Source of the DNA: Candidatus Omnitrophota bacterium
GTDB taxonomy: Bacteria > Omnitrophota > Gorgyraeia > JAFGHF01
Reading direction: 5' to 3'
Length of the DNA stretch: 64,000 nucleotides
Assembly (NCBI GenBank): GCA_016939375.1
Contig: JAFGHF010000034.1
Location: forward strand, 13,950-77,949
Notes under the pieces: generated by a model
Databases searched by the model: none
The model's input: the letters and a program-made list of their open reading frames with translations, nothing else
Told to the model about the DNA's origin: nothing
Program-made: the position numbers and the translations under genes
Shown here: piece after piece, positions 17,832-26,969 of the stretch
How positions within the stretch are numbered: position 1 is the first letter of the stretch
Layout: every line of letters starts with the position of its first letter

Positions 17832-17948
17832 TAGGTTAATATAGGTTAATAAATAATAGGAGAAATAAGGGTTAATAACGGTTAACAGAGGTTGCGAAAG
17901 GCAACCTATATTAACCGACACTGCTAATACATGGCATTGTTAACCTAC
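17832..17948. repeat. Copy A of the GGTTAAY-repeat/hairpin intergenic element family (3 copies in this window)
   Basis: Contains GGTTAAT/GGTTAAC heptamers (17834, 17844, 17870, 17880) and the hairpin AGGTTGC-gaaag-GCAACCT (17888-17907). Positions 17852-17881 are 30/30 identical to the reverse complement of 24647-24676, and the 3' arm is about 85% identical to RC(24575-24620). Confidence 0.7.
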
Positions 17949-17968
17949 GATAAGCTAGGTATTACAAA

Positions 17969-19060
17969 ATGAGAATATTAAGGACGTATCTTTTAAAAGA
18001 ACTGTTTTGGCCGTTTATTCTATCTCTGTCTATTCTGGTCTTCATAATGCTTATGGGCAATTTAGTAAACATTGTCAATATGGTAATCAACAAGGGCGTA
18101 AGCTTTGCCTTGATGAGCCAGCTCATAATCTTGCTTCTTCCTAATATCCTTTCCTATGCCCTGCCCCTGGCTATACTTAGCTCTACGCTCTTGACTATCG
18201 GGCGTCTGGCCGCTGACAATGAGATTATCGCTATCCGGGCAAGCGGCATCAACCTCTATAAGCTATGTTTTCCGATAATCATAATCGGATTGATCCTAAG
18301 CCTTGCCTCCATCCCTCTCAACGACAGGATTAAACCACAAGCTTTATACGCGACCAGAAAGATCGTCAAGCAGATCGGCGTAAAAAGCCCTACAGCCCTT
18401 TTGGAAGCCGGCACGTTTATCAGGTCGTTTAAAAACTATATTATTTTTATCTACGGGATCCACCAAAACAAACTAACCAATATAAGGATATATCAACCGC
18501 AGGAGGGAAAGCCAACCCGCACCATTATCGCCAACAGCGGGGAATTCTTACCTATCCCGGAACAAGACATTATAAGGCTTAAATTAATAAACGGCACAAG
18601 CGACGAACCTAATCTCAAAGACCCCAACACGTTCTACAAGCTCAATTTTCAGAAGTACTATCTCACTTTGGATATCTCTGGGGGCGAACAAAACCTGCAA
18701 AAAAAGCTCAAAGACATGAGCATCCGCGAATTGCGCAAGAAGATGGACGAGCTCAAAAAAGAGAAAATCGAGGATACCACTCCCATAATCACGGAAATAA
18801 ATAAAAAGCTTTCCTTTTCTTTCGCAAATCTGGCGTTTGTCTTAGTAGGGCTTCCGTTGGCGATTTGGACCAGAAGGCGAGAAAAATTTGTAGGCATCGG
18901 ATTGAGCATAGGCTTATTTGTTGCCTATTATGTCCTTTTCCTAGCCGGAGAGGTCCTTTCCATTAAAAAGTTTATCCTGCCTGGTCTGGGAGTCTGGCTG
19001 GCAGATATTGTATTAGCCGTAGTAGGGCTTATCCTTATCTTCCAGACGATGAAACGTTAA
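17969..19060 (+). CDS. lptF: LPS export ABC permease, LptF/LptG (YjgP/YjgQ) family
   Basis: 363 aa, six TM segments with a periplasmic beta-jellyroll insert; N-terminus MRILRTYLLKELFWPF is typical of YjgP/YjgQ. Confidence 0.75.
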   Translation: MRILRTYLLKELFWPFILSLSILVFIMLMGNLVNIVNMVINKGVSFALMSQLIILLLPNILSYALPLAILSSTLLTIGRLAADNEIIAIRASGINLYKLCFPIIIIGLILSLASIPLNDRIKPQALYATRKIVKQIGVKSPTALLEAGTFIRSFKNYIIFIYGIHQNKLTNIRIYQPQEGKPTRTIIANSGEFLPIPEQDIIRLKLINGTSDEPNLKDPNTFYKLNFQKYYLTLDISGGEQNLQKKLKDMSIRELRKKMDELKKEKIEDTTPIITEINKKLSFSFANLAFVLVGLPLAIWTRRREKFVGIGLSIGLFVAYYVLFLAGEVLSIKKFILPGLGVWLADIVLAVVGLILIFQTMKR

Positions 19061-19072
19061 AGGCTTTAAAGC

Positions 19073-20164
19073 ATGAAAATAATCGACCGTTATATCACAA
19101 GAGAGTTTCTTATTCCTTTCTTTTATTGCCTGGCCATCTTCATTTCACTTTATATTGTTATCGACTTGGTCAGCCGCCTGGAGGATATCCTCAAAAACCA
19201 TGTAGAGATCCCAATATTGCTTCAATATTATCTGGCATTCCTGCCTATAATCTTTGTACGTACCGCACCCATAGCGGTACTCTTATCCACGCTCTATGTG
19301 TTAGGTAATCTAAGCAAATACAATGAGGTTACGGCCCTTAAGGCAAGCGGCCTAAACATCTGGAGACTGGCATTGCCTTTCTTTTATCTGGGCTTAATAA
19401 TTAGCATTGTTACATTGGCCATCAACGATAAGCTGCTTCCCCAGGCCAATATGGTCTCCACTACAGTCAAAGAAGAATATCTTGACAAGGAAAAGGAAGA
19501 CACCAGCAATAAAGTAGTGACTGATATCGCCCTCTATGGCACTCATAACCGCCTTATCCATGTGCGTAAATTCATCGTCAATGAGAACCTGCTCAAGGAG
19601 ATCACCATCTTAGAGCAGGATGAAAATGAACGCGTTACCGCAAAAATCCAAGCCAAAGAAGCAAGATGGATAAAAGACAAGTGGGTACTTTTTGATTGCA
19701 TTATATACAACTTCGAAGTACCCGGTCAAGTGACCGAGGAACCTAACTTTTTTAAGAAAATGATCCTGGATATAGAAGAAAAACCAAAGGATTTCCTGCG
19801 CCGGGAATCTTCGGCTGAATTCATGAGTTATCGTAAGTTAAAGGGGTATATTCAGAGGCTTTCCGGAAGCGGGGCCAAGATCGTACAAAAATTACTGGTG
19901 GACCTGCACCACAAGGTATCTTTTGCCTTTGTCAGCCTGGTAGTCATATTTTTGGGTATACCTTTTGCGCTTTCTGCACAAGGTACAGGCAAAGTCGCCA
20001 GCATCGGACTGGCTGTGGTAATATGTTTTTTCTATTATGCCGTGGAAGCCTTAAGCCTTGCTCTGGGCAAGCGCGGCACCCTGCCGCCTTTCCTCTCCGC
20101 CTGGTTTGCCAATATTCTCTTCGGCACAGTGGCCATCATGCTCATGCGCCGCACTCCCAAATAA
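19073..20164 (+). CDS. lptG: LPS export ABC permease, LptF/LptG family (second paralog)
   Basis: 363 aa; MKIIDRYITREFLIPF N-terminus; tandem with the preceding paralog as in lptFG operons. Confidence 0.75.
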   Translation: MKIIDRYITREFLIPFFYCLAIFISLYIVIDLVSRLEDILKNHVEIPILLQYYLAFLPIIFVRTAPIAVLLSTLYVLGNLSKYNEVTALKASGLNIWRLALPFFYLGLIISIVTLAINDKLLPQANMVSTTVKEEYLDKEKEDTSNKVVTDIALYGTHNRLIHVRKFIVNENLLKEITILEQDENERVTAKIQAKEARWIKDKWVLFDCIIYNFEVPGQVTEEPNFFKKMILDIEEKPKDFLRRESSAEFMSYRKLKGYIQRLSGSGAKIVQKLLVDLHHKVSFAFVSLVVIFLGIPFALSAQGTGKVASIGLAVVICFFYYAVEALSLALGKRGTLPPFLSAWFANILFGTVAIMLMRRTPK

Positions 20165-20171
20165 GGAAATA

Positions 20172-21566
20172 TTAAGACTTGGCTAAGGCCTCTGGGATGG
20201 GTTGTTTGATCCTGACGGGGTTGACGTATCTGTTCACCAATGCCTGGGTCTCGGAGGCATTGAGTTTTTTGAACAGAAAAGTAAACTTTTCTTCCAATTC
20301 TTGACCTATGGCGTCGCGTGTATCCTGAGAGAGGTCCATCAACTCTTTTTTGAAGGGGCCGAAACCCTTCTTGCGCGTCTTGTAGATAAACTGCTCATCG
20401 GACATCCCTTCTTTCTTGTCCGCCTGGCAATTTTCTTTAAGCCAACTGTAGATCTTCTCCTTTAAGTCTTTAGGCAGATGCTTGCTTTCATAAATGATAT
20501 TCTGAAAGCCTGTGGCTAAATGCACCTCCGCTGTCTCGGTCTGGGGAAAATGATGGAAAGCATCGTCCGGTAAAGTAGAAGCCCCATGCTGGACTGTTCC
20601 GCTTATGCCATAATCTCGGCGAGCGATTTCTGATATTGTCCTTAATGCATCGAAGTCCAGACTGACCTCAGCGATGCTGCCGTCGGCCAAAACCACTCCT
20701 CCGTGGGCAGTGCCGGTCTGGATGCTTATCTTGCTGATGCCTTTTACACCTTTTACATAATGATCCAATTGTTTCTTATAGCCCTGCATAAAGGCCTTAA
20801 ACTCTTCCGGCGTGGTATTCTTCCCTCCCACTTCACCGATTTCCCCGCCTACGGATATAGTGATCCCCTGCGGCTCTTTCTGCCTAATAAAGGCGGTCAA
20901 TTTAGCTGCCACATCGTAATTGTTATACTGCTGTTCATCTATACTGGGCTTACTTAGATCTACCAGGGTCGAACTGTCAATATCTATATTATAAAATCCG
21001 GCGGCAATGGCCTCGGAGATCAACTGCCTTGCGCCTTCAACTTCCTTTTCCGGGTCCTGACTGAAGTTCTTCGCTTTAAGCTGAAAGTGGTCACCTTGGA
21101 TAAAAAGCGGCCCCTTAAATCCCTCTTTGATCGCCGCAGCCAAACAAACCGCCGTATATTCTTTGGGCCTTTGAAAAGTATAGCTCATTTCTGACTTTGC
21201 GATCTCAAAAATATAAGCCAATGACTTACATTTAATGGCTGTCCTTACCAAAGCTCTGGCCACGTCATATGTCAAACCCCTGATATTGACCGCGGCAGTA
21301 GTGATCTTACTGTACTTAGCCTGGCCCTTTGCCTCATAAAGTCCCTGTATAGAGGAAGGCAACACCTCTAACTCCGCGGCCAGCTCCCAGATAACCCAAA
21401 AACAACTGTCTTTTATTTCCTGGCTTTGGTTTAGGCAAAGATTATAGACAAGATCATCGATTATCTTTTTGACCTTGGCCCTGTCCTCCACTAGCACGCC
21501 TTCTTTGGAAATCTTTATCGCACTTCTGGTATTTTCTTTCAGCTCATTTACGTCTTTGTAAAGCAT
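20172..21566 (-). CDS. Class II (zinc-dependent) fructose-bisphosphate aldolase family protein with an N-terminal extension
   Basis: FIQGDHFQ (DH zinc ligand), ISVGGEIGEVGG (compare E.coli FbaA ELGCTGGEEDG), ISIQTGTAHGGV (compare GNVHGVYK) and VQHGAST; 464 aa. Confidence 0.65.
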   Translation of the reverse strand: MLYKDVNELKENTRSAIKISKEGVLVEDRAKVKKIIDDLVYNLCLNQSQEIKDSCFWVIWELAAELEVLPSSIQGLYEAKGQAKYSKITTAAVNIRGLTYDVARALVRTAIKCKSLAYIFEIAKSEMSYTFQRPKEYTAVCLAAAIKEGFKGPLFIQGDHFQLKAKNFSQDPEKEVEGARQLISEAIAAGFYNIDIDSSTLVDLSKPSIDEQQYNNYDVAAKLTAFIRQKEPQGITISVGGEIGEVGGKNTTPEEFKAFMQGYKKQLDHYVKGVKGISKISIQTGTAHGGVVLADGSIAEVSLDFDALRTISEIARRDYGISGTVQHGASTLPDDAFHHFPQTETAEVHLATGFQNIIYESKHLPKDLKEKIYSWLKENCQADKKEGMSDEQFIYKTRKKGFGPFKKELMDLSQDTRDAIGQELEEKFTFLFKKLNASETQALVNRYVNPVRIKQPIPEALAKS

Positions 21567-21593
21567 TTTTTGCTTCTCCTCTCTAAGTGGCTT

Positions 21594-22958
21594 CTATCTC
21601 TTCAGGGCTATTTCTAACGCCTGATTGACTGTTTCCACGCCTAGTAGATCAATATCACCTTTGATCTTGATGTCCTTTAGATTATTTTTAGAGATGATGC
21701 AACGCTTGAAACCAAGCCTTTGGGCCTCCTTGATCCTGGATTCGGCAAATGTCACTGCCCTCACCTCTGCGCTTAGGCCTATTTCCCCTAAGACGATATT
21801 CTCCGGATCTACCGGGACCTCCTTTAGGCTTGAGGCAACAGCTACCGCGATCGCTAGGTCTATGGCCGGCTCCTGGATCTTGACTCCTCCAGCGACATTG
21901 ACAAAAATATCTTGATTGACCAAACCCAGGCCTACCCTTTTTTCTAAGACTGCTATTAAAAGGGAGATGCGGTTATAATCCAGCCCCGAAGACCATCTGC
22001 GGGGCATGGCCAAGTTGGAATTACTGACCAAGGCCTGGATTTCTACTAAAAGAGGGCGTGTCCCTTCAATGCAAGGCACTACCACCGAGCCAGCCGCTTG
22101 CTTTGGTCGCTGGGACAGAAAAAGCTGTGAAGGGTTTTCTACCTCCTCTAAACCATATCCAGTCATCTGAAATACGCCTATTTCATTTGTAGAGCCAAAC
22201 CTGTTCTTTACCGCCCTTAAAATCCTAAAAGAAATATGCCTTTGCCCTTCGAAATAAAGTACTGTATCGACCATGTGCTCTAAAACACGCGGTCCGGCTA
22301 ACGAACCCTCTTTGGTGACATGGCCCACTAAAAATATGGGGATATTAGTGGCTTTGGCTAAAGCGATGAGCATCCCCGAGCATTCTCGCACCTGGCTTAC
22401 ACTACCGGCGCTTGAGGAAAGCTCAGGGTTATATAAAACCTGGATAGAATCGATTACGACGCAGGAGGGTTTGTATTTTTTGATATATTCCGCGATTAAG
22501 ACGACATTGGTCTCACTTACTATATATAGATTTTTGGGGATTTTGCCTAAGCGATCAGCTCTTAATTTTGTCTGGCGCATTGATTCTTCGCCGCTGACAT
22601 AAAGCACTATGCCTTGGTTCTCGCTCAATTTAGCCGAGGCCTGAAGAAGAAGCGTGGATTTGCCGATGCCCGGTTCACCACCTACCAAGATGACTGAACC
22701 GGCGACTATTCCTCCTCCTAAAATCCTATCTAATTCCTTTATCTGCGTAGGCTCTCTTAGCTGCTTAGAGATCTCGATCTCTGAAAGCGAACGAGGTTTT
22801 TCTCCCGAAGAAAGATTATACCGCGATGGTTCCTCTTGTGCGGTTTGCACTTCTTCGACCAAGGTATTCCAGTTCTCGCAATCAGGACAGCGACCTAACC
22901 ATTTAGCCGACTGGTAGCCACATTGCTGACATATAAAAACGGTCTTTAACTTGGGCAT
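21594..22958 (-). CDS. radA: DNA repair protein RadA/Sms
   Basis: N-terminal C4 zinc finger (CQQCGY...CPDCENW), Walker A GEPGIGKSTLL, KNRFG motif and C-terminal Lon-like domain; 454 aa. Confidence 0.95.
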   Translation of the reverse strand: MPKLKTVFICQQCGYQSAKWLGRCPDCENWNTLVEEVQTAQEEPSRYNLSSGEKPRSLSEIEISKQLREPTQIKELDRILGGGIVAGSVILVGGEPGIGKSTLLLQASAKLSENQGIVLYVSGEESMRQTKLRADRLGKIPKNLYIVSETNVVLIAEYIKKYKPSCVVIDSIQVLYNPELSSSAGSVSQVRECSGMLIALAKATNIPIFLVGHVTKEGSLAGPRVLEHMVDTVLYFEGQRHISFRILRAVKNRFGSTNEIGVFQMTGYGLEEVENPSQLFLSQRPKQAAGSVVVPCIEGTRPLLVEIQALVSNSNLAMPRRWSSGLDYNRISLLIAVLEKRVGLGLVNQDIFVNVAGGVKIQEPAIDLAIAVAVASSLKEVPVDPENIVLGEIGLSAEVRAVTFAESRIKEAQRLGFKRCIISKNNLKDIKIKGDIDLLGVETVNQALEIALKR

Positions 22959-22967
22959 TGTATTTCT

Positions 22968-23747
22968 TTAGAAGTTCTGCGTTGGCTCTATCTCTTCTCT
23001 TTGTATTTCTTTTTCTTCTTTTTCTCTTTTTTGAATATCTGATTTAGTCGGTTTAAGCCAATGTCCAAGCTTGCCTTCTCCGCGCTCCAGGCGGCCGGTT
23101 ATAACCTTTACATTTTCAGCAGTAGCGCGGATATCTTCTATGGCTTCTTTAATCTTGGTTTTGGCCTCTTCATCCAAAGTCTCGTCTAAATTCCCGGTAA
23201 AACTGTTGGCATTGCTTACCGCTTGTTTAAAGTCAGTTCTCATCTTTTCATCCAGCAAATCGCTTGCGCAGTCGAGGAGGTTTTCAAATTTAGCGGCCAC
23301 GCTGCGCACTATTTCCATAACAGTATCGGTAGAGGCGGGGTCACGACCGACCAACATATCTCCTTCTTCTAAAAGGTTGTCATAGTCATCACCGGGGACT
23401 ATCTCTAAATACGTATCACCTATCAACCCTAGCATGCTGACAAAGGCATCGGAATCGCCAGGGAGCTTAAAGCCCTCCTCCAGCCAGATTGAAAGCATTG
23501 CTTTGGCCCGACCGCTTTCGCGATCATAGACCATCTTCACTTCTTTTACTTCACCCGCCTCTATGCCTGCGATCCTGACAGGTGCTCCGATGTCGATACC
23601 GCTGGCAAAGTCAAAGCACACTTGTATAAAATAGCCCGGGCGCAAGATATAGACTTCGCTAATAGAAAATACAGCCAATGTCAATATTATCAATCCGATA
23701 AAAGCAAAAATTCCTACCTTTAGTTCCAAATTAAATTTGCCTGCCAT
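22968..23747 (-). CDS. mlaD: MlaD-like MCE-domain protein (phospholipid transport substrate-binding component)
   Basis: N-terminal TM followed by an MCE domain (VCFDFASGIDIGAPVRIAGIEAGEV); gene order mlaE-mlaF-mlaD. Confidence 0.8.
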   Translation of the reverse strand: MAGKFNLELKVGIFAFIGLIILTLAVFSISEVYILRPGYFIQVCFDFASGIDIGAPVRIAGIEAGEVKEVKMVYDRESGRAKAMLSIWLEEGFKLPGDSDAFVSMLGLIGDTYLEIVPGDDYDNLLEEGDMLVGRDPASTDTVMEIVRSVAAKFENLLDCASDLLDEKMRTDFKQAVSNANSFTGNLDETLDEEAKTKIKEAIEDIRATAENVKVITGRLERGEGKLGHWLKPTKSDIQKREKEEKEIQREEIEPTQNF

Positions 23748-23797
23748 ATTTTCCTCCTTTTTCAGGATAGGGCGGTTCTATGTATTTTACACACTCT

Positions 23798-24541
23798 TTA
23801 ATCGGTAATAGGACCACGGGCTGCGCCAGTAATAAACTGTCTGACATAAGGGTCTTTTGTATCCTTGATCTCCTGCGGGCTTCCACTCTCTATAATCCGG
23901 CCGTCGTAAAGCATGGAAATCCTATCAGCTATTTTATAGGCACTGACCATATCGTGCGTTACCGCTATCGAGGTAACCTCCAACTTGTCATGAAGTTGGC
24001 GGATCAATGTATTGATGGCATCGGCCATAATCGGGTCAATACCCGTTGTCGGTTCATCATATAAAATAATATCGGGGCGGGCGCAGATCGCTCGGGCAAG
24101 GCCCACCCTCTTTTTCATCCCGCCGCTCAGCTCTGAAGGAGCAAGCTCTTCTATCCCCCTAAGCCCCACTAACTCCAGGCTTTCTCTGACTCTTTTTCTA
24201 ATTGTGATCTCATCCGAATCAGTGTGTTCGCGCAACACGAACCCAACATTCTCTCCCACGCTAAGGGAATCAAAAAGTGCGGCGCCCTGAAAAAGAAGCC
24301 CCATCCTTAATCGCAGACGGTCGATCTCCTTCTCATTGAGCCTGGTGATATCCTGATTGTCAATGATCACCTGTCCGGAGTCCGGTTTTAAAATACCGAC
24401 GATATGTTTTAAAAGGACGCTTTTACCGCAACCAGAACGGCCAATTATGACCTGGGTCTGCCCCTTCTTGATCAACAGATTAAGTTTTTTTAAGACCTCG
24501 TGGCCATTAAATGTTTTGCATAGATTAATTATCTCTATCAT
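23798..24541 (-). CDS. mlaF: Phospholipid ABC transporter ATP-binding protein MlaF
   Basis: Walker A GRSGCGKS, signature LSGGMKKRV, Walker B ILYDEP. The track start (24568) decodes as TTG lying inside repeat element B. The first ATG (24541) aligns with the E.coli MlaF N-terminus and is used here. Confidence 0.85.
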   Translation of the reverse strand: MIEIINLCKTFNGHEVLKKLNLLIKKGQTQVIIGRSGCGKSVLLKHIVGILKPDSGQVIIDNQDITRLNEKEIDRLRLRMGLLFQGAALFDSLSVGENVGFVLREHTDSDEITIRKRVRESLELVGLRGIEELAPSELSGGMKKRVGLARAICARPDIILYDEPTTGIDPIMADAINTLIRQLHDKLEVTSIAVTHDMVSAYKIADRISMLYDGRIIESGSPQEIKDTKDPYVRQFITGAARGPITD

Positions 24542-24557
24542 CTCTTTGTTATTTTTG

Positions 24558-24693
24558 TAGGTTAACAATGGTTAACATAGGTTAACAATACCATGCATTA
24601 GCAGCGTTGGTTAATATAGGTTGCTGTTTTTGTAACCTTTTTTAACCGTTATTAACCCTTATTTCTCCTATTATTTCTTAACTTATATTAACC
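24558..24693. repeat. Copy B (inverted orientation) of the GGTTAAY-repeat/hairpin element, inserted between mlaE and mlaF
   Basis: GGTTAAC at 24560, 24570, 24580 (exact 10-bp phasing) and GGTTAAT at 24609. Hairpin GGTTGC-tgttttt-GTAACC at 24619-24637 (G-U wobble relative to copy A). Its reverse complement aligns across about 100 bp with copy A. Confidence 0.7.
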
Positions 24694-24707
24694 TGCATTT
24701 TTTATTA

Positions 24708-25484
24708 TCACACAAAGTAAAAAAATGCGGTGAACAGACAGTCAGCGGCAATGATCAATACAAATGAAATTACGACGGCTAAGGTGGTCGCTTTGCCTAC
24801 TCCTTCGGCGCCACCTCTGGCATTAAGGCCCTCAAAGCAAGAAACAGTACAGATGACTGCGGCAAATATCAAGGATTTAAAAAGACCGCTAAAAATGTCT
24901 TTTAGGGTTAAGACTTCGAAAGTCGAATTAATAAACATGCTGGAAGTAATACCTAGTTTCCAAATGGCCACAATATAGCCGCCTACAATGCCGATAAAAT
25001 TTGCATATATAGTCAAAATAGGGACCATGGTCATCAAAGCCAAAAATCGGGGGACTACCAGGTAATGGATCGGGTCAGAAGCCATGGTCTGGAGGGCATC
25101 GACTTGCTCCGTGACCTTCATCGTGCCTAACTCAGCGCTGATAGAAGCACCGGCCCGGCCGGCTATTATCAGCGCGGTAAAAACAGGGCCCATCTCCCTA
25201 CACATGGCAATTGACACTAGATGAGCGATAAATCTCTCGGCCCCTAACTTTTGCAGCTGGTAGGCGCTCTGAAAGACCAAGACTATTCCCGTAAACAAAG
25301 AAATCAGAGTGACAATAAACAAACTATCTACTCCGATCTTGCTCATCTGGGCAAAGACCTGCCTACGCTTAAAAGGAGGCCTAAATACACCCAGCGTGGC
25401 CTTAGTCCCCAAAAGCACAATACCGCCTGTATAATAAAGAGCATCTAAAAACTTTTTTCCCAGCCTGTTTAGATAAGCCTTCAT
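24708..25484 (-). CDS. mlaE: Phospholipid ABC transporter permease MlaE
   Basis: 258 aa, 5-6 TM, conserved MlaE/Ttg2B regions (RQVFAQMSKIGVDSL, ALIIAGRAGAS). Confidence 0.85.
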   Translation of the reverse strand: MKAYLNRLGKKFLDALYYTGGIVLLGTKATLGVFRPPFKRRQVFAQMSKIGVDSLFIVTLISLFTGIVLVFQSAYQLQKLGAERFIAHLVSIAMCREMGPVFTALIIAGRAGASISAELGTMKVTEQVDALQTMASDPIHYLVVPRFLALMTMVPILTIYANFIGIVGGYIVAIWKLGITSSMFINSTFEVLTLKDIFSGLFKSLIFAAVICTVSCFEGLNARGGAEGVGKATTLAVVISFVLIIAADCLFTAFFYFV

Positions 25485-25505
25485 TATCTATCTTCCTCTT
25501 TTTAT

Positions 25506-26969
25506 TTAAAACTTGAACCTGCGCTCTACCCCCAAGATGCCTTCGTCTTTCCTTAAACGGAGCTTGATAGTCTTATCTCCGAAAATCTTGTATTCTAACC
25601 CCAGTTCATTTGTATATACATCTTCCAATCCCATACTGTGTTCGTCAATAAATGTATCGAAGGTGACCTTAACATCCTCGGCGATGTTCTTGGACATATG
25701 TACAGTATTATAGTGATCGTCCCGAGTTATATCCCAGCCCTTCCAAAATATTCCTTTGTCCGCTGAGAAGTTCAACTCAAAGCTATTGATGTTAGAAAAG
25801 TCTATTTCCCCATCCATGATGAAAGATTCGTCTTCACGACTGACCCGCGAATCGACGATAAAGATCTTAGGATATTGGCCTTCGAGATTAATATCGGCAC
25901 TGATAAAATCCAATTCGCCAAAATTCCCGTTCTTGGACTCCAAATACCCCTCAAGCTTAAGGGTATCTAAGGGCCCCGTCATCTTGATCAGGCCATTGAC
26001 CAGGCCGGAAAAATCCGGGCGCTCGGGATACGTCAGCTTGGCCATCAATTCATGGGGTGCGGCCTGAAAAAAGTTCAAAGACAGGTCCGCTGAGAAAGGT
26101 TTTTCTAGCTCCACAATGCCGCGCAGATCATACTCTTCCCCTATAGCACAGGTCAAGATACGCAACTGCTTATCTATGATCTCAAACGAGGAGTTTAGCT
26201 CGGAGAAAGGGCGGTTATTGAGTACCGTGCCGTATGTCTTGAGGGTGCCGGATATCTTTTCCTTTGCTTTATCCACCCCGAGCTTTTTGGTAATAGATAA
26301 AGTAGCGTTGGTAAGTATATCAAAGTTTTTCGCTTTTAAGTGGTTGAGGTTGAGGGTAACCAACAATTTTTCAGAGGTCAACTCTCCGTACATATTTAAC
26401 GCATCTTGAGGATTATCCTTTAACACCGCCTTAATATCCTGAAAGTAAAGGCCGTCACTATTTAAGAAAAGTCTGCCTTCAAGGTCTGTAAGCAAAGGTG
26501 CTTCTTTATCAAATAAGACTGTACCTTTTTCTAAGATGAACACAAAGTCCCTAGAGATAAATTTGGGTATTGTGTCTTGAGGAGCAGATTTCAAGCCAGA
26601 TTGCATCTTTTCTCTGGGTTGACCAGAAAGCCTGAGCGTAGGAGAGATAAGCCTCAATATAGGCACGTCCTCGGGCTCGGAAAATAAAAGCTCCTTTAAG
26701 CTATAGTCGATACGGGCCTGGTCTACCGTGATATCAAAGTTAAATCCGGAATCACCGCTGAAGCTGATCTTTAGTTTTTCCACTACTACTCCGCTTAAAA
26801 TGGCTGGCTTGATCTTTCCGATAGAAAGCTCGCAATGAAGGCTCTTGGCCAGGCTTTCCTCAATTAGTGTCTTTACCTTTTGAAAGAATAGCTCCTTTCG
26901 AATATAGACAAAGACGAACATAGCAGAAAGCAAAAGAAACGCAATAAATGTTTTTCGCCCTCTACGCAA
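25506..26969 (-). CDS. Hypothetical membrane-anchored protein (possible AsmA-like periplasmic lipid-transfer protein)
   Basis: Single N-terminal TM (FIAFLLLSAMFVFVYI) then a 460-aa soluble region. Overlaps the clpC stop by 8 nt and lies immediately upstream of mlaE. The family assignment is an inference from context only. Confidence 0.4.
   Translation of the reverse strand: MRRGRKTFIAFLLLSAMFVFVYIRKELFFQKVKTLIEESLAKSLHCELSIGKIKPAILSGVVVEKLKISFSGDSGFNFDITVDQARIDYSLKELLFSEPEDVPILRLISPTLRLSGQPREKMQSGLKSAPQDTIPKFISRDFVFILEKGTVLFDKEAPLLTDLEGRLFLNSDGLYFQDIKAVLKDNPQDALNMYGELTSEKLLVTLNLNHLKAKNFDILTNATLSITKKLGVDKAKEKISGTLKTYGTVLNNRPFSELNSSFEIIDKQLRILTCAIGEEYDLRGIVELEKPFSADLSLNFFQAAPHELMAKLTYPERPDFSGLVNGLIKMTGPLDTLKLEGYLESKNGNFGELDFISADINLEGQYPKIFIVDSRVSREDESFIMDGEIDFSNINSFELNFSADKGIFWKGWDITRDDHYNTVHMSKNIAEDVKVTFDTFIDEHSMGLEDVYTNELGLEYKIFGDKTIKLRLRKDEGILGVERRFKF

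Noticed and set aside
17832-17948. CRISPR array interpretation of the GGTTAAC direct repeats
   Set aside because: Repeat unit is only 7 bp with 3-bp spacers, 3-4 copies, and no cas genes nearby. This is not CRISPR geometry.
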